From Octopus vulgaris (lineage: Eukaryota): a stretch of DNA of 64,000 bases. Under the pieces are notes generated by a model. The model did not search any database and was not told where the DNA came from. It saw only the letters and a program-made list of their open reading frames with translations. Where the stretch lies: NCBI GenBank assembly GCA_951406725.2, contig OX597823.1:29450001-29514000 (forward strand), read 5' to 3'. The position numbers and the translations under genes were made by a program. Positions 38,799 through 53,369 of the stretch are shown here, piece after piece. The stretch's first letter is position 1. Each line of letters starts with the position of its first letter.

Positions 38799-38954
38799 CA
38801 CACACATACATATGCACATGCATACCTATATGTATATATAATATTGACAAGAATACAGAGTATGGAGACTTGTACATCCTCAAAATTTATCTTATAGTTA
38901 TATACAGCATATTCTAATGACCACTGATGCAAAAGCAACCTTGTATTATTGTCA

Positions 38955-38990
<36 letters not shown>

Positions 38991-40332
38991 ATACACACAC
39001 ACAAACATACAAATATGTGTGTGTGTGTCAATAAATATACATATACATTGTTGACATCATAGGAATTTATAAATTTTGAGAGAATCTGGAATAATTCTCT
39101 TTTGGAATGGTGGATTTTGAAGCAGCAGAAGCTGTAAGAAGTAATATCGAACAAATATAGGGCTAAAAATTCTCTGGACAGAAAATGTCAAAGGTTGCTC
39201 CAAGATCCAGTGTTTCCAAAATTACACAAACAGACACACATGCACATAATGGACACAATATTAAAAAAATTTTAAAAAAAAAACAAAACATTGTTCAGGA
39301 TTATAATTATTTTTATTTCATGAATAAATTTTTTCAATATTTTTTTTTATACTTTTTCATCATTTATGAAATCCATATTACAAAGTCCAAAAATGTTAAT
39401 TAAATTCTTTCTCAATATCAAGTATCATACAAAGTAACACAATCCACTAACACAAAGTACTTTTTTTTATATATTTTGATTAGTTTCTTTTTGAGTTTTT
39501 TTTATTTTTATCGTATAACTATTTTCTTTCCTTTTTTTTATTTTTAAATATTTTTTCCATGCTTGCATGGGTTATACTGTTTAGCAAATTTAAATATTTG
39601 CATGAGCGGAGAGCAGATTTCATTTTTTTTTTTTTCTTTCTGTTTTGTACAGCTGGAATCTTTAATTGTCATTTACTTCCTGATGCTAACCACTTTTCTG
39701 TGATCAAGATTATGTTAATACATACTTTCATCCACCCACCCCTCTTAATTAGTTAACAAAGGGTTTAAGCCAAATGCAAACACAGTAGAATCTGTACAAT
39801 TTGGCATTTCAGGGTCCCAAATATATGTTAGTTATTTCAAAATATCATTTTATATGTGACAGATTTAAAACTATACTTTTCTGTAAAATGCTTAACATTC
39901 CGGGCCTTGGCATCCAGTTGAAAAGGAATCAATTTTTTTATTATGTTTATTCTTATTAATATTATTATAGTTGTTGTATTTGTGGTTCCTTTTGTACTTG
40001 CCATTTTAGAGGGCCAGATTCAAACTGTGTCCGAGGTGCCAAAGAGATGTTACTACCTTGACAAAACATTCTCCATAGCATATGACCTACAACAAATAGT
40101 ATGATCTTCTGGACAGCATAAATACTAATGTTGTTACTATTATTATTATTATTATTCTCCCTCCTTTCCTCTTCTTCCTTTCATTTTTTGATGTAAATCC
40201 CCCTACCCACAGAAATTGTAAACTCTCATTGGACCTACTCTAAGCATGCACTTATAGATTGGAGAGCAAAAGTTGGGTGAGGGTTTGAGTCCTTAGTGGT
40301 CAGAGTGACCCTTAATCTGTAGGGTTCCTTGA

Positions 40333-40426
40333 TTGGTCTTAGTTCGAGGTTCTCCTGTGTCTAAAGGACAACATCATAGTTGGTCTTAGTTCGAGGTTCT
40401 CCTGTGTCTAAAGGACAACATCATAG
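40333..40426. repeat. Perfect 47-bp tandem duplication
   Basis: TTGGTCTTAGTTCGAGGTTCTCCTGTGTCTAAAGGACAACATCATAG x2. Confidence 0.9.
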
Positions 40427-42817
40427 ATGTGTTCACATACTTTCTACACTAAGTAAACTTTTTAATCTCATTTATCCCTTCTTCTCCTTTTCTCCCCATC
40501 ACTTTTTATGTAAACCCCACAAAATCTGTATACTGTCCTTGTCATGATTTTCTCAGTTGATGCCCTTGTGGCAAATAAAGTTATTATTATCATTATTATT
40601 GTAAAATATAATGTGTCTTGAATGGCACAACAATGCAGAGTGGTCTATAATAATTGTTATAATTAAATTATCCATAGTCTTATATAATAATATTTTGGAA
40701 TATAGAAATTCCCTCTTCAGATATCTCTAGGAATTGATCAAGTCACTACAATAATCGGCTTTCCAACGGTTACTGAAATTTTTTTCATCTCTCGGAAGCA
40801 TCTCTGAGGTAGTCTCATTAAGCTCCTTTCGGAATTCCTCATGAGAAGTGTGTGAGGATGGCCATGTCACAAACTCGTGTGTGTTGGCACATCCATAGCA
40901 TTGCTTCTAAGTTATGTATTATACATGCAGTTTCTTTCATTTTAAATATATAATACATGAGCATGTTATCAAAAATGAACCTACACGCATCCAGATGTAG
41001 CTAAATAATATACTGATTGCCAACCTTCAGCCTGTTGTTAATTTGGGGCCCCAGTCCGTCTATGAGGATAGCTTCCTTAATTCTTAGATTACCCAAATTT
41101 CTTTCACTGGCCGATTATTATTATTATCATTATTACTATTATTATTATTACTATTATTATTATTATTTACATATGTTTCCTCTAATATAGACATATGAGT
41201 GATTTGATTTTAGTTCAGCCAATGGTAGAGTCTGCGTGAAAGAAACAGGAAGATGACCCTCAATGTATTGCTGCCGTTCATTTTAGTGAATGGGAAGAGA
41301 AGGAAAAAAGCATTGTGTGACTGTTGTGGGAGTGAACTAGATGATCCTAGCTGAGAACTGTGAAGTAGTGGACTTCATTCATTTCTTTCTCAGTTGATAT
41401 ATATATATGGCACATGGGTTAAGGTGATTATTTGACCGTTTATGCTCAGTGGTATCCATCATAGGATTGCCATTGGCCTATAGCGTTCTAGATGTAATCC
41501 TGTGCACTGTGGTGGGTTGAGGGGTAGCTACCAACAGGAATTGAACTCGGAACTGCAAGCCAAACTTTTGTTACTCCACTTTTTCAATGTTAACCCACAA
41601 CTTTTACGTTACCCTTCTTTTCAATGTTAAACCCACCCCAACCATCACGTGTTACTCCACAGTACTCTGTGACCCTAATTTTCGATGTTAGCCCAGTTCT
41701 ATGTTGCCTCAGTTACCCTACTTTTCAATGCTGACCCAACTTTTCACTGATAACCCACAGATCTATGTTTACCAACACTTTTCAATGTCAACCCTCCAAC
41801 AATTCTGTTACCCCAGTTTTCACTCACTTTTCTCAGTTTGCCCCTTCCTAGAATGTTTCCCCACCTCTCATCAGTAATCTGCACTGTAATCCTAGGTTAA
41901 TTAAACTGCTCTCTAATGCTTTAAGGGTGGTTGAGGGATGGATGCTGATACTTGATAGGAAAATATACACGCAATGAAATTATGAAAGTGGTGGTGGTGG
42001 TGGTGAAGGTGGCAGTGGTCTGGGTGGGAGACAAGCCTCTCTATATACAGCTAAGAATGCCTGTAACTGGCAGATGAAGGGAAATAGTGCAGAGTTGCCT
42101 TTAAAAAAAAGTAAGCTTTGTGGGTGATATGCCTTTGCCTTTTGGCTCCCAGATAGCTATTATATATGATAAAAAAAAAGAAGAAAAAGACAAAATAACT
42201 GGTATTTGCATCCTTGACCATTTAGGTTTATACTGGCCATTAGACTTTGGATAGGCCAAGGGTTATCAAACAAAATTAAGCATGGACTAATGAAAACAAG
42301 GGGCCAATATTGAGGATCAAAACAGTGCTCTTGCAGCATTCCTTCTCAAGCCTTCTGTCCTTTGAGAAAATCCCTAGAATCAGTCCCCGAGAAGAGGTCA
42401 AAATAGTGCCACATGGTGCAAGAGTGCTCCAGCAACATTAAACGCTGGCTGTCTGAAGGAAGACCTGAACACAGAACTCTGGAGATCACAATGGAATCAT
42501 ATTCTTCCCTCCTCTTTCTGTATTTTATACACACACACTCCCCCCCACGTTCCTCCTTCCCTCTCTCTCTCTCTCTCTATCGGTGATCATGTAGTTGTGA
42601 CAGCCAGGTCATCTAGTACACAATAATAAATCATATATAATTCTTTCAGAACCCTCTTCCAGGAAGACAATCTGGCTAATTGTTTAGGTAGGGCCCATCC
42701 TAACTGAAGTAAATTACCATTTGCTTTCATCTTCCCCACCTCTCTCTATCCCTCTTTCTCCACACATACACACACACACACACAAATAGCCAAGTATGAT
42801 TCATATATATACATACA

Positions 42818-42856
<39 letters not shown>

Positions 42857-43379
42857 ATTGTTTAACGTCCATTTTCCATGCTGGCATGGATTGGACAGTT
42901 TGACAAGAGCTGGCCAGCTCCTATATATACATATGTATGTATATATATATACACACACACACTTATACACTCTGAGACAATATCATTATTCTTTGGAGCT
43001 GAGAAATCCAACATGGCAGGCTACTCAAGATTTTTACATCCTTTCCATGTAGGTTATTTTATTTCATTTTATTTTAAGCCTGAGAGGGAGTGCTTATAAA
43101 CATCCATTGATGTTCTTGTTTTTCCAGCTGTATATGATCTTCCCACTGATAGCTATTCTCCTGTAAGTGTGTGAAGTGGAGCACATAAAATCATGTGCCC
43201 TGGTCAGGAATGCATAAAAACAATGGTCATAATAGTATCAGCTTTGATCTTATCACCACATGGTGTGTACTCCACCCAGATACACATACACACACACATA
43301 TATATGCACACATACATACATATATATACATGATAAATATACATATATATATATGTATATATATGTATGTGTACATATA

Positions 43380-43419
<40 letters not shown>

Positions 43420-45028
43420 CATACATATGTATATATATATATATATATACATACATATGTATATACATGTGTATGTATGTTAGTCTACAGTGTATTAATT
43501 ATATTAAAATGAATAAATAATAGATTATAATTAATTACTGTCACTTTATTAAATGTTTAACATTGTTATAAGAAGGGCTAGCTTTTTTCATCCAGGGTGT
43601 ATGAGGAAGTTTTGTATTTTTCTTCATACTTTTCAGAAACCAGATATGAAATGAAAACACGCACACACACACATACACACAAAAAAAAAATAAATAAAAT
43701 AAGATAAAATCTGCAATCTGCCCTATGAGCTTAATTAGTTTCTTGCCTCATGAAAAATGATTAATTTGAAGGTGTCGAGGGGGTTCTGGTGGTGGTGGTG
43801 GTGGGGAGCAGGGCTGGGTCTGGTGCTAGATTTGCAAGGAAGTGTCTGATGAGAGAAACAAGCACCCAACTTTGAACAGAGAATGTGTGTGTTGTAAAGG
43901 GTAAAACCATTCTGTGTATACGACAAGAGAGTTATATCAATTTATTCTCAAGAATATACATATTACATATCAAAAGAAGTTTACAAAAAAATGCCAAAAA
44001 AAAAATTAATAATAAAAAATAAAAAACAGATTACAAAAGAAAATTGTGTTAAAGTACAAATGGTACAAAAAATTAATAATAATAATGATGATAATAATAA
44101 TAATGATAATCATAATAATAATAATAATAATAATAAAAATAATGATAATAACAGTAATGATACAAAAATAAGTAAATTAGGACGGTTGATGCGGTGCATG
44201 GTTTATGAAATTGCAAAGAAAGGATACAGGGGAAAATGACTGAGAGATGGAGAGATAGAGAAACGAGGGAGTGGTGTGTTGAGGAGGCTGGTGCGAACGG
44301 GGTAACGGTTTATATATAATACATATATATATAATGAAAAATATAAATAAATAAATATAAAAAAATGATGTCTTCACCTGTTCTCTCTCACTCACTCTCT
44401 CTCTCCCTCTCTGTTTTGTAATACAAAAATCAGGGAATAATTAATTTTCATCACCAATATCAATAATAATAATCATCAACATCATTATCAACACCATCAG
44501 CATCATCATTATAGAAATTTATTAAGGAGGTGTAAGGGGCCAAAATGATAGCTTTGGAAAAAAAAAAAAAAAAACGAAAAAAAAAATAGTGTTGCAATAT
44601 TATTTCGTTATTGTCTGTTATACATTCTAGATTCAGATCTCACCAGAAAGTTTCACTCTTTACCTTTCAAACCATACAGCGCTGTAGTTAGAGATAAAAT
44701 GCCTGTCAGCAGAGTAACTGGGGTCAAATGCAATTAGGCCACACCTCACCTCGATACAATCTATGTCATGAAGGTATGTGTGATGAAAGTGAAGAAAGGT
44801 TGAGACACAGACAACCATTCAACATCTTTATCACACATACGCACACATACGTGCATACATCACACTCTCTCTCTCTCTCTCTCTCTATGTATATATATAT
44901 ACGTACATATATATATATATATATATGTACATATATATATATATACATACAAACACATACATAAATATATACACACATTATATATATATACATTTACATG
45001 TATATATATGTATATATATGTATATATG

Positions 45029-45066
<38 letters not shown>

Positions 45067-45832
45067 CACATACATAAATACACACACACACACATATATA
45101 TATGTGTGTATGTATGTATGCATGTATATATATAATAGTTATCATCATCACCATCATCATCATTTTAATGTCTACTTTTCCATGCTTGCCTGGATCAGAC
45201 AAGGGCATGCTGGGACAGTTTTCTACAGTTGGATGCTCTTCCTCTCACCCACCCTACCTACACTTGTTTCCAAGCAAAGCAATAATTGTCCAGTCTACTA
45301 ATGATTATTACAGTTATTATTATTATCATTGGCAACAATAATAACAACAACATCAACAACTTGTAACATTGATACAATGCCACAAATTTTGGCAGAGGCG
45401 GGATTGGTATCTTATTTCATCAACCCCTTGGTGGGGGTGAAAGGCATAGTCAGCCCTAGTGGGATTTGAACCTAAAGACATATAAAAATATAAAAAAAAT
45501 GTAACTAAATTCTGACTCTGCTTTTTACTGCCATGGTAACAATAATAACAACAATGATGATGATGATAATAAAAAAAAAATGCAATACAGGACATGTATG
45601 CATGCGTGTGGGTATGTGTGTAGCAAAGGCCGTGTTGATAGTGCATAGTATGGTAAATCACACAGATACAAAAAAAAACAGCAACAGCAGTAGTAATAAC
45701 AGCAATAGGAACCGTAGTAGTAGTAGTAGTAGTAGTAGGAGTAGGAGTAGTAGTGGTAGCAGCAACAACGTTAAGTTCACATATAAATATAGCAACATAG
45801 CAAGAGAGAATGTTAGTGATAAGGATAACAAT

Positions 45833-45891
<59 letters not shown>

Positions 45892-45921
45892 AATTTGTGA
45901 TTGTGGCACTGATGAGTATAT

Positions 45922-45979
<58 letters not shown>

Positions 45980-46365
45980 TACACACACAAACATATATAT
46001 AGATATATATAAACATATAAATACATATATGTAAACAGATATATATGTGTGTGTGTGTGCATGTATGTATATATGTATAAGAATTAAAATCCAGGAAAAG
46101 TGAGAAGCAAAATAAGATTTAATTCCATAAGGTTACAGCTGTTTCATAATTCACCTTCGGTTACATCATCGACTCTGTTGCATAGATACGTACACAGTAT
46201 ATAAACTTCACATATATATCATATACATATATATGCATACATATTTATATATATGCACACATACAATAGTATAGTTACCTGATGATGCATAAGAAACAAC
46301 TAATCTTCTGGACATTTTTCAAACATTTGCATCTGTCGACCTACCTATATCTATGTGTATACGTA

Positions 46366-46418
<53 letters not shown>

Positions 46419-46836
46419 GCACACAAGAAAACAGTTATTATAATCATGGATAAAGCTATCAGTTACTATTATTGAACTCAATCATGTCCAGACGCTTCAT
46501 TTAAAATAAATTAAAAATCACCCATAATCATCACAATAAAAGCTCTGCATAGCATTATCAAAACTTTCAAGTAGACCCATGTTTGTACCATCCCTGTTAC
46601 AAATACTACTACAACTACTAACATTGCTACTTTAAATGCTATCTCTAATCACTGGAGAGACAGTGGCAAGATCAAAGCTGCAGGTGCGTTAGCTATGGAG
46701 ATATGGTGAGTGCATGGTGATGAAGGAAGATGGCAGTTGTGGTGATGGAATCACATGTGTTTGTGCTGGAAGTAATAGTGGTGAGTCAGTGTCGCTGGCA
46801 TGTTGGTGTATATATGCGTGTGTGTGAGTGTATGCA

Positions 46837-46890
<54 letters not shown>

Positions 46891-46939
46891 TATATATATA
46901 TAGATACATATATATGTATATGTATATATATACATTAAC

Positions 46940-46979
<40 letters not shown>

Positions 46980-47138
46980 TTGTATATGTATATATTTATA
47001 TATATACACATATATACATATGTATATATACACATATATATATATATATATATGCATACACATACGCACACACACACACACACATATATATATACACACA
47101 AACAGATATATGTATATATACATATGTATATATATATG

Positions 47139-47169
<31 letters not shown>

Positions 47170-47192
47170 ACATATACACATATACAAATGTG

Positions 47193-47224
<32 letters not shown>

Positions 47225-47735
47225 AATATATATCATCATAATCATCATTGTTTAACGTCTGCTGATGATGATGATGCAATTACAAACAGGTGTAGTTAAT
47301 GTATTGTTCAAAATTTTATATCATTGGTATAATACCATAACATAAGTTGGGTATTGTTATCTAAAGGGTTGCATCTCAAAGTGATCACAATAAGCAGCTA
47401 CTTATGCATATATGTGTGTGTGTGCAAATTTGTTTGTTATTTAATATTAACCTCATCACCTCATTTTGATTTCAATACATAACAATTTCCATTGGCATCA
47501 AGGTTAATATCAAACATTATTACAACTGGCATTAATTACTACATTTATCAATGTTCTTTCTTTCTCTCTTTCTTTCTTCTGACATCTTTCACTTCTTCTG
47601 TAAAAACTTTGTGATTGTTTTATGTTGTTAACATAACACATATTATATACATACACACATATAAATATATATATATCATATATATATACATATACATTTG
47701 CACCATTATATATATATATATACACACATATATAT

Positions 47736-47798
<63 letters not shown>

Positions 47799-47827
47799 TA
47801 CACATATATATATTTATGTGTACACAC

Positions 47828-47867
<40 letters not shown>

Positions 47868-48452
47868 AGTACACATCATATATATTTATATATATGTATA
47901 TATTTTTACTTACATATATTGAATTTGTCTTTCTGGAACCAAACTTGCCAAAATGTAAGTTAAAAGACAAAACCAAAAATACTCTGATAGATTAAAAACT
48001 GTGTTATTTGGTGCTCAAGATAATTAGAAAAGGATAAAAATTGAATTATTTTCATATATATATATATAAAGAGAGAGAGAGTTCTCTCACCTCAGATTGC
48101 ATTCACATTAGTTGTTTTTCTATTTTGTTTTGCATTTCCCTTTTATTTCAATTTTTTTTTTTGTCCGATTTTTTTTTTCTTTACATTATACTTTAGGGTG
48201 AAGGTGATAGAGGTACAATTTTTTTTTTTTAAAGTTTTTTTTTCCCTTTCAGAATTTTTGTGGAATTTTCTTTTGATCTGGGATGTTTTAAATGATGTCA
48301 AAAAGATACAAAGGAACACACATACATTCTCACACTTTCCCTCTCTCTCTCTCTCTCTCTTTCTCACATTCTTTCTTTGTCACTCTCTCTCTCTTTCTTC
48401 TTCTCCCAACTCTACCGCTACTGAACAGAACTGTTTTTTTTTTTTTTTTTTT

Positions 48453-49078
48453 TCAAACCAGCACAGATTCCTGCTCAAGATTTGAACTCGTGTAACTGGC
48501 ATTCTCTGCCGGTTGGGAAGAAGAAGTAGATGATGATGATGATGGTAATGATGATGAGGATGATGATGATGATGGTGATGATGATGCTGTCGCTGTTGGT
48601 GCAACAGGCATCATTTCAATTTCAGCAGCTTTCCCACCTAGTTCAGTAGTAGTAGTAGTATTACTAGCAGTAATAGTAGTAGTAGCGGTAGTTGTGGTAG
48701 TATCCTCAAATTCATCCACGTCCATCTGTGTAGGGCCTGGAAAACTTCCAGGACTGGAATGCTGTTGTTGTTGGTGGTGGTGGTGGTGGAGGTTGTGGTA
48801 CTGAAGATGGTGATGATGATGATGATGATGACGAAGGTGGAGACTTGAAACAGCAGTAGAATTATTAATACCATGATTACTAGTAGTAACAGAAGTTGTA
48901 GCAGTGGTGGTGGTCTCCGTACTGCTGCAGTGGCCAATGCCATTACATGGATACGGCGTTTCCCGCCGTGCTCGTCGACGTAATCGCTTCTCTTCCATTT
49001 TCATCTGGAGATCTTTGACCTTGCCCCGCAGGGCACTGTCTTCTTCACTCTGGTTGCCTGGAAAACCTGCACTGCCAC
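48453..49078 (-). CDS. MIDN: Midnolin, last coding exon (C-terminal helix/NLS + low-complexity tail)
   Basis: Acceptor TTTCCCAG, phase 1; EEDSALRGKVKDLQMKMEEKRLRRRARR resembles the vertebrate MIDN C-terminal helix; ends QESVLV*. Confidence 0.9.
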
Positions 49079-49212
49079 CTGGGAAATGGAACAGATATGA
49101 ACATTAATAGATGGATAGAATGGGAGGCATCTGTGGGTGTGTGTGTGTGCACATACATGTATGTGTATGTGTGTGTATAAACGTACATATAGTAAATATA
49201 CAAACTAATCTT

Positions 49213-49657
49213 GCTCTTTTACTCTTTTACTGGTTACAGTCATTTGACTGCGGCCATGCAGGAGCACCGCCTTTAGTCGAACAAATCGACCCCCAGAACT
49301 TATTCTTTCTAAGCCTCGCACTTATTCTATCAGTCTCTTTTGCCAAACTGCTAACTTAAGGGGATGTAAACACACCAACATCAGTTTTCAAGTGATGATG
49401 GAGATACAAACACAGACACACAAACATACATACATACATATATATATATATATAATATATATATATATATATGTATGTATGTATGTATGTATTATATGGC
49501 AGTTTCTTTCAGCTTCCAGCTACAAAATCCACTCACAAGGCTTTGGTCGGCCTGAGACTATAGTAGAAGACACTCGCCCATGGTGCCATGCAGTGGGACT
49601 GAACCGGGAATGATGTGGTTGGGAAGCAAGCTTCTTACCACACAGCCACGCCTACAC
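49213..49657 (-). mobile_element. SINE family A (intronic)
   Basis: Similarity to 50-467. Confidence 0.85.
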
Positions 49658-50066
49658 TTATCTTATCTATCTATTTTTCCATAGGTTTAAAAAAAATTAT
49701 GAATAGCCTTAATTGAATTTTGACTCTTACAGGGGTTTTATCATAGGTGTCTACATCACTTGACCAATCTCAGAACTTATGGCACCTTAACTCTGTAAAC
49801 TGAGTCAGAAGCTTTTGAGAAATCCAGGTGAGATGAATCAAAGGATAAAAAGATTCCATAACTTTCAAACGCTATGAAGTCAAATTTGTTGAAGAGATTA
49901 CAGACAAAACCCTTATAGGCAAATACAGGTATAGCAAATACCATACAACATAAATTCTTGATTTGTTACAATTATCTCTGCCTCTGGATGATGTAACATA
50001 TTTGCCAAATGAGAAGTGACTAGCACCACATGAGAAAGAATCAAGAATTTTCCAAAGTTGACAAGC

Positions 50067-50789
50067 CTTTTGTTACCAACCTGGCTGAAACTGGCTCTGA
50101 GTACAAATGTCATTTTTTCATAAGTTTTGAATTAAAATCTTCCACAAAACCTTAGTCACAATTTATGTTCCCAACACTAGCTGAATGATAAATTATTTTA
50201 CTAAATTCTTTGTTATATAATTGAAAGAAACACAGACCATCTTGACAGAAAAACAATTCTTAAAATATGTAATAGACAAACAATTCTTAACTCTTTTGAT
50301 ACCAACCCGGCTGAAACTGCCTCTGTATTACAAATGTCTTGTTTTCATAAGTTTTGAATTAAAATCTTCCACTAAACCTTAGTCACAATTTATGTTCCTA
50401 ACACTAGCTTAATGATAACTAAGTTATTTTACTAAATTCTTTGTTATATTTAAAGTAATTGAAAGAAATACAGAGCATCTCAACAGAAATATCGTAACAA
50501 AACAGTTAAAATATATAATAGAGAACCAATTCTTGAAATATATAATAGAGAAACAATTCTTAACCCTTTCGATACCAACCTGGCTGAAACTGGCTCTGGC
50601 TCTGTATTACAAATGTTTTGTTTTCATAAGTTTTGAATTAAAATCTTCCACCAAACCTTAGTCACAATTTATGTTCCTAACACTAGCTTAATGATAACTA
50701 AGTTATTTTACTAAAATTTTTGTTATATTTAAAGTAATTTGAAAGAAACACAGAGCATCTCAAAATAAATACAGTAATGAAAGGGTTAA
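50067..50789. mobile_element. Three adjacent copies of a ~220-bp TTAA-flanked (piggyBac-like) MITE
   Basis: Best copy 50564-50785: TTAA|CCCTTTC...GAAAGGG|TTAA; a diverged copy is at about 58046-58264. Confidence 0.75.
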
Positions 50790-51026
50790 AGAAAAGGACA
50801 GGTTTATTACCTGGAGATAAGAGGACAGAAGTGGACATGTCTTTATGGATCAATAGCCTTCATTAACACAACAATTGTCTGACCTTATCTCCAGTAACAA
50901 AGAGACTCAGCCTTATAAAAAAAAAGAATACATACAAAAAAGAACACATACACCTTGGATAATTTACATAATTTCATCAAAAATGAGCTGGACTTCTATA
51001 ATCTTTTTGACAAGGGTGAATACTTT

Positions 51027-51134
51027 TATTTACATTTGATGGATATTTGTCCTCATCTTGTTTGTTGCTAACAACGTTTCGGCTGATATACCCTCCAGCC
51101 TTCATCAGGTGTCTTGGGGAAATTTAATAACAAT

Positions 51135-51170
<36 letters not shown>

Positions 51171-51566
51171 TTTGTTCGTTTATTGGCCACAAGGGCTAAC
51201 AAAAATCAATTAAAATATAAAGGGACAAAACACAGGACGAAAGTTACAAAGGGTTTTTGTCCGTTTGAAAAAGTCCGTGTACAAAAGCAGGATGACAATG
51301 AAAAATAAGTAACAATTAAAACTCCCAATAGGGGGAGGTGCTTCGGAAGGTTACTCGTGGAAAAACCCATAAAAGCCACGGGAGCCTGGTCAAAAGGTAA
51401 AATACCTTAGGAATGAGAACCCAGGTTCGAAATTTCCCCAAGACACCTGATGAAGGCTGGAGGGTATATTAGCCAAAACATTGTGTTAACAACAAACAAG
51501 ATGAGGACAAATATCCGTCAAATATAAATAATGTACATAATTCCTCATCTCTTAAATATAGAACTG
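51027..51566. mobile_element. Fold-back hammerhead element (family H1), intronic
   Basis: Inverted arms at about 51027-51125 and 51400-51566, matching the 26209-26747 family. Confidence 0.85.
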
Positions 51567-51590
51567 TATAGAGAGAACACTACGATTTAC

Positions 51591-51761
51591 CTTTATTCTC
51601 CATGTTGTGTTCGAACAGGTTCCTGTCATTGTGAGGTGTAGTGGGAGACTCAACTCGGTACTGAGGTGTGGCACCAAGAAGGTCATTCAGGATATGAATG
51701 ATTGTACTTATATTCCTCTTGGGTTTCCCATCTAAATCCTGCAATGAAGGATCAAGTGTAC
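51591..51761 (-). CDS. MIDN: Midnolin exon (Catch2, second part)
   Basis: TCTCTGTAG...G/GTAAAT, 171 bp, phase 1-1; GTLDPSLQDLDGKPKRNISTIIHILNDLLGATPQY. Confidence 0.93.
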
Positions 51762-52078
51762 CTACAGAGACAAAAGAGAAAAACATCATTGTTGTAATTA
51801 TAATTATGACTATATTCTTTTCTACTCTAGGCACAAGGCCTGAAATTTTGGGGGAGGTGGGTCAGTCAATGAGATTGACCCCAGTATGCAACTGGTACTT
51901 AATTTATCAACCCCCCGAAAGGATGAAAGGCAAATTCAATCTCAGCGGAATTTGAACTCAGAATATAAAGATAGACGAAATACCGCTAGGCAGAGAAGTG
52001 GTAGAGATTTTAAAGGCATTGAATAGAATTTCTCAATGTTCTGAGTTCAAATCCCATTCAGGTCGGTTTGGTTTTTTT

Positions 52079-52487
52079 AGGCACAGGAGTGGCTGTGTGG
52101 TAAGTAGCTTGCTTACCAATCACATAATTCCGGGTTCAGTCCCACTGCATGGCACCTTGGGCAAATGTCTTCTCCTATAGCCTCGGGCGGACTAAAGCCT
52201 TGTGAGTGGATTTGGTAGATGGAAACTGAAAAGAAGCCCGTTGTATAATATGTATATGTATATATATGTGTATGTGTGTTTGTGTGTCTGTGTTTGTCCC
52301 CCCAACATTGCTTGACAACTGATGCTGGTGTGTTTACATCCCCATAACTTAGCAGTTCGGCAAAAGGGCCTGATAGAATAAGTACTAGGCTTACAAAGAA
52401 TAATTCCTGGGGTCGATTTATTCGACTAAAGGTGGTGCTCCATCATGACCGCAGTCAAATGACTGAAACAAGTAAAGGAGTAAAAGA
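52079..52487 (+). mobile_element. SINE family A (intronic)
   Basis: Similarity to 50-467. Confidence 0.85.
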
Positions 52488-53369
52488 ACGTTTGACAATC
52501 CAGGGACCAACATTGCTTCAAGTTCTTAAAGTTACCAGTCATAAATTAGGGACAGCATAATCTAGGGTTTCAGCAACATCTTTTTGCTGCAGCCCTTTTT
52601 TGGTTATTATTGTTATGGTTTTTTTTTTTTACATGTACTCATAACCCACAATCATATTTTCTGTGTAAAAAACATCCTTGCATATCTCTGCTAGAAATAA
52701 TAGTCAAATATCCCTCAAACCCCTCTCTTAGCATCTTCAGAATGGAAGGATACACAAGATAATGTTGTCTTAGATAAACAAAAGGATGGAGAGTCTTGGC
52801 TGGAATGTCCTTTTGGTCATAGGTCAGTTCAGCTGCTACTACCACTACCACTTCTACTGCTACGACTATGGCTACTATGAATCAGATGTAGCAGGACCAC
52901 CACAACTCCCACCACCACCACCACTGCCACTACCACCAGAACCACCACTACCACCATCACAACTGCCACCATCACCATCACAATCACCACCATAAACACC
53001 ACTACAACCACCACTACCACTACCACAACCACCACCACTACTACCACCATCACAACTGCTGCCACTACAACAACCATTACAACAACCACCACTACAACAA
53101 CCATTACAACAACCACCACCACCACTACGACCACTATCACAAACACCACCACAACCACCACCACTACTACCACTATCACAACCACCACCACAACCACCAC
53201 CACTACTACCACAACCACTATCATTACTACAATCACAACTGTCACAACCACCATCACAACCACCACTACCACCAATACCACCACCACCACCACCACTACA
53301 GAGTTGCTACTGTTACTGAAAACGAATAAAAAAAAAAAGTGCAAAAGGAAAAAAATATTCTTTGCTTAC

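Noticed and set aside
52829-53344. Poly-Val or poly-Thr ORF
   Set aside because: Intronic (ACC/ACT)n repeat lying past the exon donor at 53368-53369
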